NCBI GenBank assembly: GCA_051891195.1
Contig: JBJFEZ010000020.1
Location: forward strand, 1-51,702
Source of the DNA: Clostridia bacterium
Lineage (GTDB): Bacteria > Bacillota > Clostridia > TANB77 > CAG-508
Length of the DNA stretch: 51,702 bases
Direction of reading: 5' to 3'
Within the stretch, counting starts at the first letter, position 1; every line of letters begins with the position of its first letter. Shown piece by piece: positions 39,928 through 51,215 of the stretch. Below the pieces are notes generated by a model. It searched no databases. It saw nothing but the letters and a program-made list of their open reading frames with translations, and was not told the origin of the DNA. The position numbers were made by a program, and so were the translations under genes.

Positions 39928-40518
39928 TTACTTTATTAATTGTCTAATAACATCGTAAAGATATGGTTTATATTCATCAATAGGAAGAGGCTGTTTTTCT
40001 AAAATAGATGTAAAGCAAGTAGAGCTAACAAGCTCTATAATCATAAAAAGAGTTACTTCAGGATTTTTTAAGTTAATATGATTTTCTTCTACACCCTTCA
40101 TAAATAAATTAAAAACACTAAATTCTTTTTTTTCGTCATTTTCATATATTTTTAAAATTGATTTATTATAAATACCCCAAGATAAATTTTTTGATATAAA
40201 TTTTAAAAGTGTTGGTTTTCTTTTAAATTCATCAATAACGTAATTTATAATAAAAATAATTTGATCAGAAAAATTTTGAATATAGTTTTTGCGGAGTTCC
40301 GTTAAAGCATCATTAAATAATTTTTCAGATTTACTTGTAATTAAAATATCTTGAAGTTCATATTTATCTTTAAAATATAAATAGAATGTTCCTTTTGCTA
40401 CATTTGCATTATCTACAATTTCCTGAATGGAAGTGTCTTTAATTCCTTTTTCAGTGAAAAGTGCAAATGCCGTGTCTAACAATCTTTGCTTTTTGCCTTT
40501 TTCAAGTTCCTGTCCCAT
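39928..40518 (-). CDS. TetR/AcrR family regulator
   Basis: LLDTAFALFTEKG...IVDNANVAKGTFYLYFKDK. Confidence 0.95.
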   Translation of the reverse strand: MGQELEKGKKQRLLDTAFALFTEKGIKDTSIQEIVDNANVAKGTFYLYFKDKYELQDILITSKSEKLFNDALTELRKNYIQNFSDQIIFIINYVIDEFKRKPTLLKFISKNLSWGIYNKSILKIYENDEKKEFSVFNLFMKGVEENHINLKNPEVTLFMIIELVSSTCFTSILEKQPLPIDEYKPYLYDVIRQLIK

Positions 40519-40655
40519 AAAACTCTCCTCCTTAATAATTACATTATGTCATATTTTGTACGGATAGTCAATATATTTATTATTAAAAATAAATAGATAA
40601 AAAACCTTCAAACAGGTGAATATATAAAATAATTAATAAAAAAACAAAATAAGTA

Positions 40656-40703
40656 TTGACTACAGGCAGTTTTAGAAATATAATAGTAAATGACCGTTGG
40701 TCA
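40656..40703 (+). promoter_or_regulatory. Promoter and candidate TetR operator for the MMPL operon
   Basis: TTGACT, 17-nt spacer, TATAAT (40679-40684), followed by the palindrome TGACC-GTT-GGTCA (40691-40703). Confidence 0.6.
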
Positions 40704-40721
40704 CAAAGAAAGGAGTTAAAA

Positions 40722-42794
40722 ATGAACAAGTTAGGAAAAACAATTTGTAAACACAGAAAGTTAATACTAATTATTGCCTTTATTTTACTAATTCCAGCAG
40801 TTTTAGGAATGAAAGCAACTAAAATCAATTATGATATTTTAGTATATTTACCCAATGATGTTGAAACTATTCAAGGAGAAAAAATATTATCAGAAGATTT
40901 TAAAATGGGAGGATTTTCTATTGTTATATTAGAAGATATGAAAAACAAAGATATTTTAAAATTAGAAGATGAAATACGAAAAATTGACAATGTAGAAAAA
41001 GTAGTTAGTATAGCAGATGTAGTTGGAACAGAAATTCCGAAGGAAATGCTTCCAAGCAAAGTTCAAGAAGCATTTTATGATGATAATAAAACAATAATGC
41101 TAGTTACATTTAAAGAGCAAATATCATCTGATGAAACAGTAGCTTCTGTAGAAAAAATAAGAGAAATTACAGATGAAAGATGCAAAATAAGTGGAATGAC
41201 ATCAACAGTAATAGATACAAGAAACTTATCAAATTCAGAAATTATAGTTTATGTGGTTATTGCAGCAATCTTGTGTTTAATAATTTTACAAATTTCATCA
41301 GATTCGTATTTTGCACCATTTTTATTATTATTAAATATAGGTATTGCAATTTTGTACAATATGGGTACCAATATCTTTTTAGGAGAAATATCTTATATAA
41401 CAAAAGCAATAAGTGCAGTATTGCAATTAGGCGTTACAATGGATTTTGCAATTTTCTTATATCATAGTTATACTGCAGAACAAAAAACAACTCAAAACAA
41501 AGAAGAAGCAATGGCAACAGCAATTTCTAAAACATTTAATTCGGTAGTAGGAAGCTCTTTAACAACAATGGCAGGATTTTTGGCATTATGTAGTATGAAC
41601 CTAACACTTGGAAAAGATATAGGAATAGTTATGGCAAAAGGTGTATTGTTTGGAGTAATTTGTGTTGTTACAATATTACCGGCAATGATACTAACATTTG
41701 ATAAACTAATTGAAAAAACAAGACACAAAGAGATATTGCCTAAATTTGCCAAAGTAAAAAATTTTGTAGTTAAACACTATATAGCTATTACAATTTTATT
41801 TGTAATAATACTACCAATAGCTTTATATGGATATACAAATACGCAAGTATATTATGACTTAGACAGGTCATTGCCAGCAGATTTGCCAAGTGTTCAAGCA
41901 AATACTTTATTAAAAGAAGACTTCAATATGGTATCAATGGAAATGCTTTTAGTAGATAAATATATGCCAGAATATAAGGCAAATGAAATGATAGAAAAAA
42001 TTGAACAAATAGATGGAATAGAATGGGTTATAGGATATTCTAAACTAGGAAGCATTGGAATTCCAAAAGAAGCATTGCCAGAAAAAGTAGTGGACATTTT
42101 TCAAAGCGATAAATATCAGATGATATTGATTAATTCAAAATATGAAATGGCAACAGATGAATTAAATGAGCAAGTAACAAAAATTAATGAAATTATTAAA
42201 CAATATGATGAAAGTGCAATTTTAGCAGGTGAAGGGCCTTTGATGAAGGACTTGGTAGAAATAAGCGACCACGACTTTAATAGTGTAAATATATTTTCTA
42301 TTGCAGTAATATTTATTATTATGATATTTGTATTTAAATCAGCAATATTGCCGGTTATTCTGATTTGCGTTATAGAATTTGCAATATTTATAAATATGGG
42401 AATTCCATATTACACAAATACTATTTTACCTTTTGTTGCTTCTATAGTTGTTGGAACAATTCAACTTGGGGCAACAATAGATTATGCTATTTTAATTACA
42501 AATAAATATATAACAGCAAGAAAAGAAGGAAAGAAAAAGAAAGAAGCAGCAAGCGAGTCTTTAGAAACTTCAATTCAATCAATTCTTATAAGTGGATTAT
42601 GTTTCTTTGGCGCAACATTTGGAGTAGGTGTTTATTCAAAAATAGAAATGATAGGTTCGCTTTGTACATTAATGGGCAGAGGCGCAATAGTAAGTATGAT
42701 TACAGTAATTTGTGTATTACCAACATTCTTAATAATTTTTGATAAACTTATTTGTAAAACAACTAAAGGTATGAAAAATATAGGAGGAAATTAA
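40722..42794 (+). CDS. MMPL/RND family transporter
   Basis: Two repeats with QLGVTMDFAIFL and QLGATIDYAIL; about 12 TMs; ATG 40722 follows AAGGAG. Confidence 0.92.
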   Translation: MNKLGKTICKHRKLILIIAFILLIPAVLGMKATKINYDILVYLPNDVETIQGEKILSEDFKMGGFSIVILEDMKNKDILKLEDEIRKIDNVEKVVSIADVVGTEIPKEMLPSKVQEAFYDDNKTIMLVTFKEQISSDETVASVEKIREITDERCKISGMTSTVIDTRNLSNSEIIVYVVIAAILCLIILQISSDSYFAPFLLLLNIGIAILYNMGTNIFLGEISYITKAISAVLQLGVTMDFAIFLYHSYTAEQKTTQNKEEAMATAISKTFNSVVGSSLTTMAGFLALCSMNLTLGKDIGIVMAKGVLFGVICVVTILPAMILTFDKLIEKTRHKEILPKFAKVKNFVVKHYIAITILFVIILPIALYGYTNTQVYYDLDRSLPADLPSVQANTLLKEDFNMVSMEMLLVDKYMPEYKANEMIEKIEQIDGIEWVIGYSKLGSIGIPKEALPEKVVDIFQSDKYQMILINSKYEMATDELNEQVTKINEIIKQYDESAILAGEGPLMKDLVEISDHDFNSVNIFSIAVIFIIMIFVFKSAILPVILICVIEFAIFINMGIPYYTNTILPFVASIVVGTIQLGATIDYAILITNKYITARKEGKKKKEAASESLETSIQSILISGLCFFGATFGVGVYSKIEMIGSLCTLMGRGAIVSMITVICVLPTFLIIFDKLICKTTKGMKNIGGN

Positions 42795-42795
42795 A

Positions 42796-45153
42796 ATGAA
42801 TAAAAATTTAAAAACAAAAATAACAGCAGGTATTTTATTATGTAATATGGTTGCATATTTCTCAACACCAGTTTTGGCTTATACAAAAGATGAAAGTGTA
42901 TATTCTAAATTAGATGCAAATGGTAATGTATATCAAACAACAGTAAGCGATCATTTAAAAAATACAGAAAAGTCAGAATTTTTAAAAGATATATCAGATT
43001 TAATGAACATTGAAAATGTAAGTGGAAACCAAGAATTAAATCAAGAAAATAATACACTAACTTGGAAAGCACAAGGTGATGATATTTATTATCAAGGAAA
43101 TACACAAAAAGAGTTACCAGTTGAGTGCAAAGTGACTTATAGCCTAGATGGAAAGAAGATTAACAAAGAAGATATAGCAGGAAAAACTGGACTTGTAAAA
43201 ATAACACTTGAATTTACAAACAAAGAGCAAAGAAAAGTAAATATAAATGGAAAAACAGAAACAATGTATGTGCCTTTTGTAGTAGGAATGGGAACAATTA
43301 TTGATAACGAAAATAATAAAAACATTGACGTTACAAATGGAAAAGTAATTGATAATGGAAATAAAACAATGGTATTTGGAATTGCTTTACCTGGTATGCA
43401 AGAGAGTTTAGGGGTATCAAAAGATGATTTAGAAATACCAAATAAAATAGAAATATCTATGGAAGCAAAAGAATTTGAAATGAAAGAAATTTACTGTTTT
43501 GCATCACCAAAACTAATAGAAGAAAATGATTTAGAAGTATTTGATAATTTGGATAAAATTTATGAAATTGCAAGTCAACTAAAAAATGCATCTAATCAAT
43601 TAGCAAAGGGTGCAAGCGAATTAAGAGATGGTGCAAAAAAATTAAATAATGGAACATATGAATTATCAACTAATTTATACACACAAATTAGCAAATATGA
43701 AGAAGTACGCAAGCAATTATCAAATAAAAAAGAAATTGAAGATAAAATTGTAAAAATAATAAATGCTGAAATTAAAAAGGTTGCTCCAGAACTTGAAGTG
43801 TTAGCTGAACAAGAAGCTGCAAATGTAATTAAAGAAAATAAAGAAAGAATTGAAGAAAAGACAGCAGAAACTGCACTTGAGTACACCAATATTGCAATAG
43901 AAGAAAAGTTAAATGAAATTGCAAATAATAAAGAAGAAATAATTAAATTTTCTGATGAATTATTAAATAAAATTGAAAAAGATATAAAAACAGCGTTAGA
44001 TAATATTGAACAAAAAGAAGATGTAAAAACTCTTGAAGCAGCCATAAAGCGAGCAATACTACAAGATGTTACAAACACTGTAAAGGCTAAAACATCAGAA
44101 GTAATAAATCAACAGGTAGAAACAATGAAAGCTTCTGTTACAGACCCAACAGCATTATTAACACAAACAGATGCAGCAATATTAAATACTTCTAAAGAAA
44201 AAATTGCAAAAACTATGATTCCAGGAATTCAAGCACAATATGCTGAACAAGGTATAACACTATCAGATACAGAAGCAGAAGCAAAAGCTATAGAGGTATT
44301 AAACCAATTAGTTACAACTGTTTCTAAAAATACAATGGATAAAACTTTAGATACAGTTGCAACAAAAGCTCCTGAAATGGCTGAAAAAACAATACAAGAA
44401 ATTGCTACAAATCTAAATACAAATGAGGCATTAGCTAAAGCTATTTTAGATTATGAAAATAAAATAATTGCAGAAATTAAAGCTACTATAGGAGAAGAAA
44501 CACTAGCTGCAATGAAAGAAAATATAAAACAAGAAATAATAGAAGAATTAGAAAAAGCATTTAAAGATGATAAGACATTACAAGCTCAAATACAAGCATA
44601 TGGAGCTAAAGCAAAAGCAGAACTAAATGCAACAATAGATGATGTAGCAGAAAAAACAGCAAAAAAATTAGCATCTGATTTAACAGAAGAATTAGCTAAT
44701 CAAATTGCTTCAAATTTAATAAAAAAACAATTAAATGGAGAATTAACTCAAACAGAACTTGATAAAGAATTATCAAAATATGAAGACTTAATTAATTCAA
44801 AACTTGGAGAAGTAGATAATCAAATTAGTACTTTAAAAGAAGCTTTAGCACAATTATCTAATGGAACAACCAAATTAGCAAACGGAGCTAATAAATTATC
44901 AGAAGGTATGAACAAATTTGATGATGAAGCAATTCAAAAAATTTACAATTATATTAATGGAGATGTAAAAAATCTAGAAGTAAGAGTAGAAAAATTAAAA
45001 AATTTAGCAAATGAATATCAATCATTTACAATGATTGATGAAAACGCAAGTGGAAATGTTAAATTTATAATGCTGATTGATGGTATAAATAAAGAAGAAG
45101 ATAAAAAAGAACAAGTTGTTATACCTAGTGAAATAAAAGAAGAAAAAGAATAG
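42796..45153 (+). CDS. Secreted coiled-coil protein (YhgE/Pip-like) partnered with MMPL
   Basis: Signal peptide, KDESVY and L..G...L..G heptad repeats flanking a long helical insert. Confidence 0.7.
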   Translation: MNKNLKTKITAGILLCNMVAYFSTPVLAYTKDESVYSKLDANGNVYQTTVSDHLKNTEKSEFLKDISDLMNIENVSGNQELNQENNTLTWKAQGDDIYYQGNTQKELPVECKVTYSLDGKKINKEDIAGKTGLVKITLEFTNKEQRKVNINGKTETMYVPFVVGMGTIIDNENNKNIDVTNGKVIDNGNKTMVFGIALPGMQESLGVSKDDLEIPNKIEISMEAKEFEMKEIYCFASPKLIEENDLEVFDNLDKIYEIASQLKNASNQLAKGASELRDGAKKLNNGTYELSTNLYTQISKYEEVRKQLSNKKEIEDKIVKIINAEIKKVAPELEVLAEQEAANVIKENKERIEEKTAETALEYTNIAIEEKLNEIANNKEEIIKFSDELLNKIEKDIKTALDNIEQKEDVKTLEAAIKRAILQDVTNTVKAKTSEVINQQVETMKASVTDPTALLTQTDAAILNTSKEKIAKTMIPGIQAQYAEQGITLSDTEAEAKAIEVLNQLVTTVSKNTMDKTLDTVATKAPEMAEKTIQEIATNLNTNEALAKAILDYENKIIAEIKATIGEETLAAMKENIKQEIIEELEKAFKDDKTLQAQIQAYGAKAKAELNATIDDVAEKTAKKLASDLTEELANQIASNLIKKQLNGELTQTELDKELSKYEDLINSKLGEVDNQISTLKEALAQLSNGTTKLANGANKLSEGMNKFDDEAIQKIYNYINGDVKNLEVRVEKLKNLANEYQSFTMIDENASGNVKFIMLIDGINKEEDKKEQVVIPSEIKEEKE

Positions 45154-45166
45154 CAAAAAAAGACGA

Positions 45167-46912
45167 TTATTCATCGTCTTTTTTTATGCTTATATTATCT
45201 CCATAACGTTTAAGTTTTTGAGTAGTTGTTTTTTCAAACTCCTTATCACGAATTACAAAATCTTTTATGTGCTTATAATTAGGTAGCTTTTTATTAACAT
45301 TAGCAACAACATCAGAAACTATTTTCTTAATTTGCTCTTTAGTAGGAATAGCACCTTTTAAATATTCTGTAATAGCCTCAATATTTGGATAAATTTGAGT
45401 ATTAATATAAGTTTCATCATCATTTTCTTTTTGCAAACCAAAAACTAAAGATTCAGAAATTAGAGGACTGTCATTTAAGTAATACTCAATTTCTTCAGGA
45501 TAAATGTTTTTACCATTTTTAGTAACAATAACATTTTTACATCTTCCTGTAATATACAAATAACCATTTTCGTCAATTCTACCTAAATCACCTGTATGGA
45601 ACCAGCCGTCTACAATAGTTTCTTTAGTTTTTTGCTCATCCTTATAATAGCCAAGCATAACATTAGGACCTTTAACAATAATTTCTCCAACACCTTCATC
45701 ATTAGGGCTATCAATTTTATATTCTACATTGGGTATAGGAAGACCAGCTGAATCATCCTTTTGAAAGAAATCAGTATTACCTGCAACTAAAGGAGAACAT
45801 TCTGTTAAACCATATCCCTGTAAAGTATTTAATTTTAAATCTCTAAAATCTGATATAATATTAGGGTTTGCAGCAGCAGCTCCAACTATAAATACACGAA
45901 GTCTGCCTCCTAAAGTCTTTTTTACTTTGCTTCTAACTATGCTTTTCATAAAGAATGGCAAATCAGAAAATGGATTTGCATCTTCTTTTTTATATTTTTT
46001 AGGTAAAGAACTATTCATATTTTTAACAATATTTTTATGCAACTTTTCTAACAAAAGTGGAACACATAAAATAACAGAAGGATGAAATTCTTTCATATTT
46101 TTTGCTATATAACGTAAACCTTCACAATGTGCAATACTAGCTCCACTATATATTGGAAGCAAAAAACCTAAAGTGCATTCATAAGTATGATGTAGAGGTA
46201 AAACAGAAAAAAACAAATCGTCTTTTCTTACTTTTACAATTCCATAAGTAGATAATATGTTAGAACATAGATTATTTTGAGATAAGCAAACACCTTTAGC
46301 ATTTCCTGTTGTTCCAGAAGTAAATAACAAAACGCGTAATTCATTAGGATCTATTTTTATTTGGTCAAAATCAGTAAATCCATTAGAATAAAGAACTTTG
46401 CCTTCCTCTAAAGTTTCTCTAAAAGATCCAGCACCTTGATTATCAAATTTAATAAATTCAGTATTAGAATTTGAAAGTTTAGCAATATCTTTTAATATTG
46501 GATTTAAGTTTTTATTATCACCTAAAATACAAGAGGTTTCAGATATATTCATAAAATTTATAACATCATCTGTATGAAGCTCTTTATCAATAGGAACAAC
46601 AACTCCCACAATAGATGCTGCCAAATAAGATACACACCATTGATAACTATTTTTACCTATAACAGCAATCTTTTTATTTAAAAAACCTTTTTTTAATAAA
46701 CTAGATCCAAGATAAACAACATCATCTTTAAATTCTTTATATGTTATTGATATTATTTCTCCATTAGGTTCTTTTACTTTAAATGCTGTTCTAGAACTAT
46801 ATAAGTCACTAGAACGATATAACATATCTTTAAAATTGGTAACTTCTTCTGTTTTATGATATCTATTTTTTAATTGCTCAGCTATTGTCATAATATTATA
46901 CATTCCTTCCAA
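45167..46912 (-). CDS. Long-chain acyl-CoA synthetase (AMP-binding)
   Basis: FTSGTTGNAKG, QGYGLTE, WFHTGDLG, GRCKNVIV..GKNIYPEE. Confidence 0.92.
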   Translation of the reverse strand: MEGMYNIMTIAEQLKNRYHKTEEVTNFKDMLYRSSDLYSSRTAFKVKEPNGEIISITYKEFKDDVVYLGSSLLKKGFLNKKIAVIGKNSYQWCVSYLAASIVGVVVPIDKELHTDDVINFMNISETSCILGDNKNLNPILKDIAKLSNSNTEFIKFDNQGAGSFRETLEEGKVLYSNGFTDFDQIKIDPNELRVLLFTSGTTGNAKGVCLSQNNLCSNILSTYGIVKVRKDDLFFSVLPLHHTYECTLGFLLPIYSGASIAHCEGLRYIAKNMKEFHPSVILCVPLLLEKLHKNIVKNMNSSLPKKYKKEDANPFSDLPFFMKSIVRSKVKKTLGGRLRVFIVGAAAANPNIISDFRDLKLNTLQGYGLTECSPLVAGNTDFFQKDDSAGLPIPNVEYKIDSPNDEGVGEIIVKGPNVMLGYYKDEQKTKETIVDGWFHTGDLGRIDENGYLYITGRCKNVIVTKNGKNIYPEEIEYYLNDSPLISESLVFGLQKENDDETYINTQIYPNIEAITEYLKGAIPTKEQIKKIVSDVVANVNKKLPNYKHIKDFVIRDKEFEKTTTQKLKRYGDNISIKKDDE

Positions 46913-47113
46913 ATTATATATGTAAAAATTTGTATAAACATAGTATCATAAAAAATTTAGAAAAGCAAGTCTAAAAAATTAACACTAACCAGATGTAGCA
47001 CTAGGATAGACTTTTTTAATTTTTTATGCTATAATTTAGACAATTAGCAATATGCTAATAAATTAATTCTAAACCCCAGCAAAAAATAATAACTGTATTA
47101 GGAGGAATTAATT

Positions 47114-47278
47114 ATGAAAAAACGGGTAAAACACGATGCAAGAACAATCCCTACGATATTGGGATTGCTCGTAGGAACCCTTATGGGAATAAGCATCGTA
47201 AAAGAAAACTGGGTAGGTATAATAGCTTCAGTTTTTCTGTGCATTCTTATAGGAATCTGCATCAGCAGATCAAAATAA
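47114..47278 (+). CDS. Small two-TM membrane protein (54 aa), not in ORF track
   Basis: AGGAGG at 47100-47105; MKKRVKHDARTIPTILGLLVGTLMGISIVKENWVGIIASVFLCILIGICISRSK*; terminator at ~47295-47327. Confidence 0.75.
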   Translation: MKKRVKHDARTIPTILGLLVGTLMGISIVKENWVGIIASVFLCILIGICISRSK

Positions 47279-47413
47279 AAGAATAACCGTTTTAAAAACA
47301 CAGTGTAAATTTGCGCTGTGTTTTTTTACAAATTAAAATATAAAGCTAAAAAGTTGATTTTTTACAAATATATTGTTATACTAGTTATAGATTTTTAAAG
47401 GTAGGTAAAATTT

Positions 47414-48319
47414 ATGGGATTTTTTGATAAGTTAAAACAAGGCCTAAGCAAAACTAAGAATTCATTTGATGAAAAAATAAATAATGTATTTAGCAATTTT
47501 AGAAAAGTAGATGAAGAATTATTAGAAGAACTAGAAGATGCCCTTATTATGTCAGACGTAGGGGTAGAAACTTCTACAAAAATTATTTCTAATTTAAGAG
47601 AAACAATAAAAAAAGAAAAAATAGAAACAGAAGAAGAAGTTAGAGAAGCATTAAGAAAAGAAATAATAGAAATTTTAGACAAAGTAGATAATAACTTAAA
47701 CCTAAATACAACTCCTTCTGTTATACTAGTGGTAGGAGTTAATGGAGTTGGAAAAACTACCTCTATAGGAAAAATAGCTAATAGATTAAAACAAGATGGA
47801 AAAAAGGTAGTAATTGCAGCAGCAGATACATTTAGAGCTGCAGCAGTAGAACAGCTAGAAATATGGGCAAAACGAGCTAATTGTGATATTGTAAAAAAAG
47901 AAGAAGGAGCAGACCCAGCATCAGTTGTTTTTGATGCAATTCAAATAACAAAACAAACAAATGCAGATGTTTTAATTTGTGACACGGCAGGAAGACTTCA
48001 TAATAAAAAATATTTAATGGATGAATTAGTAAAAATAAAAAAAGTAATAGATAAAGAATTACCAGAAGCTTCAAAAGAAGTATTAATGGTACTAGATGCA
48101 ACAACAGGTCAAAATGCAATTTCACAGGTAAAAGCATTTAAAGAAACAGTAGATATAAACGGACTAATATTAACAAAATTAGATGGAACTGCAAAAGGCG
48201 GGGTAGTAATTGGAATTGTAGCAGAAAATAATATGCCAGTTAAATTTATTGGCGTAGGAGAACAAATTGACGATATGGAAATATTTAATAGTAGTGACTT
48301 TGTAAAGGCTTTAATATAA
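47414..48319 (+). CDS. ftsY: Signal recognition particle receptor FtsY
   Basis: GVNGVGKTT, DTFRAAA, DTAGR, TKLDGTAKGG. Confidence 0.98.
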   Translation: MGFFDKLKQGLSKTKNSFDEKINNVFSNFRKVDEELLEELEDALIMSDVGVETSTKIISNLRETIKKEKIETEEEVREALRKEIIEILDKVDNNLNLNTTPSVILVVGVNGVGKTTSIGKIANRLKQDGKKVVIAAADTFRAAAVEQLEIWAKRANCDIVKKEEGADPASVVFDAIQITKQTNADVLICDTAGRLHNKKYLMDELVKIKKVIDKELPEASKEVLMVLDATTGQNAISQVKAFKETVDINGLILTKLDGTAKGGVVIGIVAENNMPVKFIGVGEQIDDMEIFNSSDFVKALI

Positions 48320-48343
48320 TTAAATTTTAGAGAGGATAAAATT

Positions 48344-51142
48344 ATGGAGGAAAATAAAACAGAAAATAATTCTAAAGATAAAATTACTAAATTTTCTATA
48401 AGCAAAATAAAAAAATGGGTTGTATTAGCGTTTATTGTATTAGCAACTATAATTGCATATGCAATTTATAGAGGGGAATATTTAGAAACACTAGAATTAG
48501 GGGAACAATATTTAAGTGTATTTTGGCAAAATCTAACATATAATGTAATAACATTTTCTACTAATTTTTTACTATTATTTATACTTATTTATATAACTAA
48601 CAGAAAAATAAAAAAAGGATTAAGTCCATTTTTTGAAGAAGATAAAAAAACAATGCCTAAAATGCCAAACAAATCAATAAGCTTTATTATAGCAGTTGTA
48701 GTTAGCTTTATTACAAGTAAAATTATATTAGAAAAATTTATGTTATGCATTAATGCTACAGAATTTGGAGTAACAGACCCTGTTTTAGGATATGATATAG
48801 GCTACTTTATTTTTATACAACCATTTATACAATATATATTAAGCTATTTGTTTAGTATTGTTGTAGGATTAACTATTTATACATTTATATATTATATAGC
48901 TGTATTTAATATATGCTTAGAAGGCGTAAATAGAGAGACTTTAAAAAATAGTCGCTTAGTAAAACAAGTATGTACTAATATAATAGTTATAGCAATTATA
49001 TTAGCTGCAACAGTATTTGTTGAAACATTAAATGTAGGACTACAAAAAATAGTAACATTACAAGATACTGCCACTACTCCATATGTTTTATGGGGAGCCG
49101 GAATTTCAGAGGTAACTATAAAATTATGGGGATACCGCATTTTAGCAATTATAATAGCTGTTTCAGTAATTATAGCAGTACATTACTTTAAAAAGAAAAA
49201 TACCAAAAGAGTTATTGCTTCTTTAGCAGCTGTTCCTATATATTTAGTACTTATGTTATTTGTATTAGTTGGATTTAATACTATTGTTGTTAATCCTGAT
49301 GAATTAGACATACAACAAGAATACATACAAGCTAATATCAACTCTACAAAGCAAGCTTTTGGAATAGATATTGAAGAAATAAATTTAACAGAAAATGAAA
49401 CTATTACTACAAATTCTATAGAACAAAATCAAAATGTTATAAATAACATTGCACTAGTAGATAAAGATGTTGTTTTAAACAACTTAAACTTATTGCAAAC
49501 AAATAAAGGATACTATACTTACCAAACTGCACAAATAGCAAAATATAATATAAATGGAAAACAAGGATTAGTATATGTTTCACCTAGAGAAATAAATAAT
49601 TCTGTAGGAACATATAATAATAAAACTTATGAATATACACACGGTTATGGTGTAATAATAACAGATGCAACCAAAACTGACGAAGATGGAAATATTAGTT
49701 ACTTACAAAAAGATTTTGAAGCAAGTACAAATGATATAGTTTCTATTAAAGAACCAAGAATTTATTTTGGATTAGAAACTAAAGATACAGTAGTAACCAA
49801 CAGCAAAAACAAAAAAGAATTTGACTATCCAATTATAAATTCTACAAAAGCAGAAAATGCTGAAAATACATATAATGGACAAGCAGGACTCAAATTAAAT
49901 TTTATTGACAGACTAATATTAGCAATTAAAGAAAATGACCTAAAACTGGTATTTTCAGGAAGTGTGAATTCTCAAAGCAAAATACTTATTAACAGAAACA
50001 TAATAGAAAGAGCAAAAACTTTAATGCCATATATTATATATGATGAAAATCCATATTTAGTAGTAACAAACGAAGGAAAATTAGTATGGGTATTAGATGG
50101 ATACACAACCTCAAACTGTTATCCATATTCTCAAAAAATAACACTACAAGAATTAAACAAAATGCAAATTAACTATATTAGAAATTCTGTAAAAGTACTA
50201 ATAGATGCATATGACGGAACAATACAATATTACATTACGGACAGGAATGACCCAATAATTATGGCTTATCAAAAAATATATAAAGATTTATTTGTGGAAA
50301 AAGAAGAGGCAATACCAGAAGATATTTCTAAACAATTTATTTATCCAAAATTTTTATATACTATACAAGCAAAAGTTATGGAAAGATATCACAATATTCA
50401 GACTGATGTATTATATCGTGGAGACGATATTTGGCAGGTAGCGAAACACAACACTACTAAGGTTTTAACTAAAACTGGAACAGAAATATCTCCATATTAT
50501 ACTATGGTAAAAACTATAGACCAAGAAAATGCTACAATAGGACTTGTATTACCATATACACCATATCAAAAACAAAATTTAACAGCATACTTAGTTGGTA
50601 CATATCAGAATGCTCAGCCAAAATTAACCCTATATAAATATCCTTCAGACAGCAATATTATAGGACCAATGCAATTAGATACTCAAATAGAACAAGATGA
50701 AAATATTTCAAAAGAAATTGAAAGTTTAAATGTAACAGGAACAAAAATAAAAAAGAATATGTTAATTATACCTATAAATAATTCGCTACTTTATGTAGAG
50801 CCTATCTACCAACAATATATTAATGAAGAAAATTCTACATTAATACTAAAAAAGGTTGTAGTAGCTTCAGGAAATAAAGTTGCAATAGGAAATAGTCTAA
50901 CACAAGCATTAAAAAATCTTGCATCACAATATGCTGTTAACATTCAAGTAGAGAATAATGAAGACATAGACGGGTTAATAGACTCTATAATAAAAACTAA
51001 TAATAATTTAAAGCAATCAAGCGGTAATAATAACTGGGAAATGGTTGGAAAAGACATAACAAAGTTACAAGAATTAATAACTAAACTAGAAGAATTACAA
51101 AAAGAAGAAGAAAAAAAAGAAAAAGTTATTGTAGAAGAATGA
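48344..51142 (+). CDS. UPF0182 family membrane protein
   Basis: DPVLGYDIGYFIF, YTHGYG, EPRIYFG, NYIRNSVK, LLYVEPIY. Confidence 0.9.
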   Translation: MEENKTENNSKDKITKFSISKIKKWVVLAFIVLATIIAYAIYRGEYLETLELGEQYLSVFWQNLTYNVITFSTNFLLLFILIYITNRKIKKGLSPFFEEDKKTMPKMPNKSISFIIAVVVSFITSKIILEKFMLCINATEFGVTDPVLGYDIGYFIFIQPFIQYILSYLFSIVVGLTIYTFIYYIAVFNICLEGVNRETLKNSRLVKQVCTNIIVIAIILAATVFVETLNVGLQKIVTLQDTATTPYVLWGAGISEVTIKLWGYRILAIIIAVSVIIAVHYFKKKNTKRVIASLAAVPIYLVLMLFVLVGFNTIVVNPDELDIQQEYIQANINSTKQAFGIDIEEINLTENETITTNSIEQNQNVINNIALVDKDVVLNNLNLLQTNKGYYTYQTAQIAKYNINGKQGLVYVSPREINNSVGTYNNKTYEYTHGYGVIITDATKTDEDGNISYLQKDFEASTNDIVSIKEPRIYFGLETKDTVVTNSKNKKEFDYPIINSTKAENAENTYNGQAGLKLNFIDRLILAIKENDLKLVFSGSVNSQSKILINRNIIERAKTLMPYIIYDENPYLVVTNEGKLVWVLDGYTTSNCYPYSQKITLQELNKMQINYIRNSVKVLIDAYDGTIQYYITDRNDPIIMAYQKIYKDLFVEKEEAIPEDISKQFIYPKFLYTIQAKVMERYHNIQTDVLYRGDDIWQVAKHNTTKVLTKTGTEISPYYTMVKTIDQENATIGLVLPYTPYQKQNLTAYLVGTYQNAQPKLTLYKYPSDSNIIGPMQLDTQIEQDENISKEIESLNVTGTKIKKNMLIIPINNSLLYVEPIYQQYINEENSTLILKKVVVASGNKVAIGNSLTQALKNLASQYAVNIQVENNEDIDGLIDSIIKTNNNLKQSSGNNNWEMVGKDITKLQELITKLEELQKEEEKKEKVIVEE

Positions 51143-51215
51143 TATAACAAAAATTCCAATAAAATGAATAAAAAAACAAAAAATCTCCATTTTAATTAAT
51201 AATGGAGGTTTTTTA

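Noticed and set aside
38165-40000. Prophage or ICE integrated at tRNA-Phe
   Set aside because: No integrase, phage genes or att-like direct repeat of the tRNA 3' end seen.
47098-47301. 67-aa minus-strand ORF
   Set aside because: The + strand 54-aa ORF has the RBS, terminator and membrane-protein pattern.
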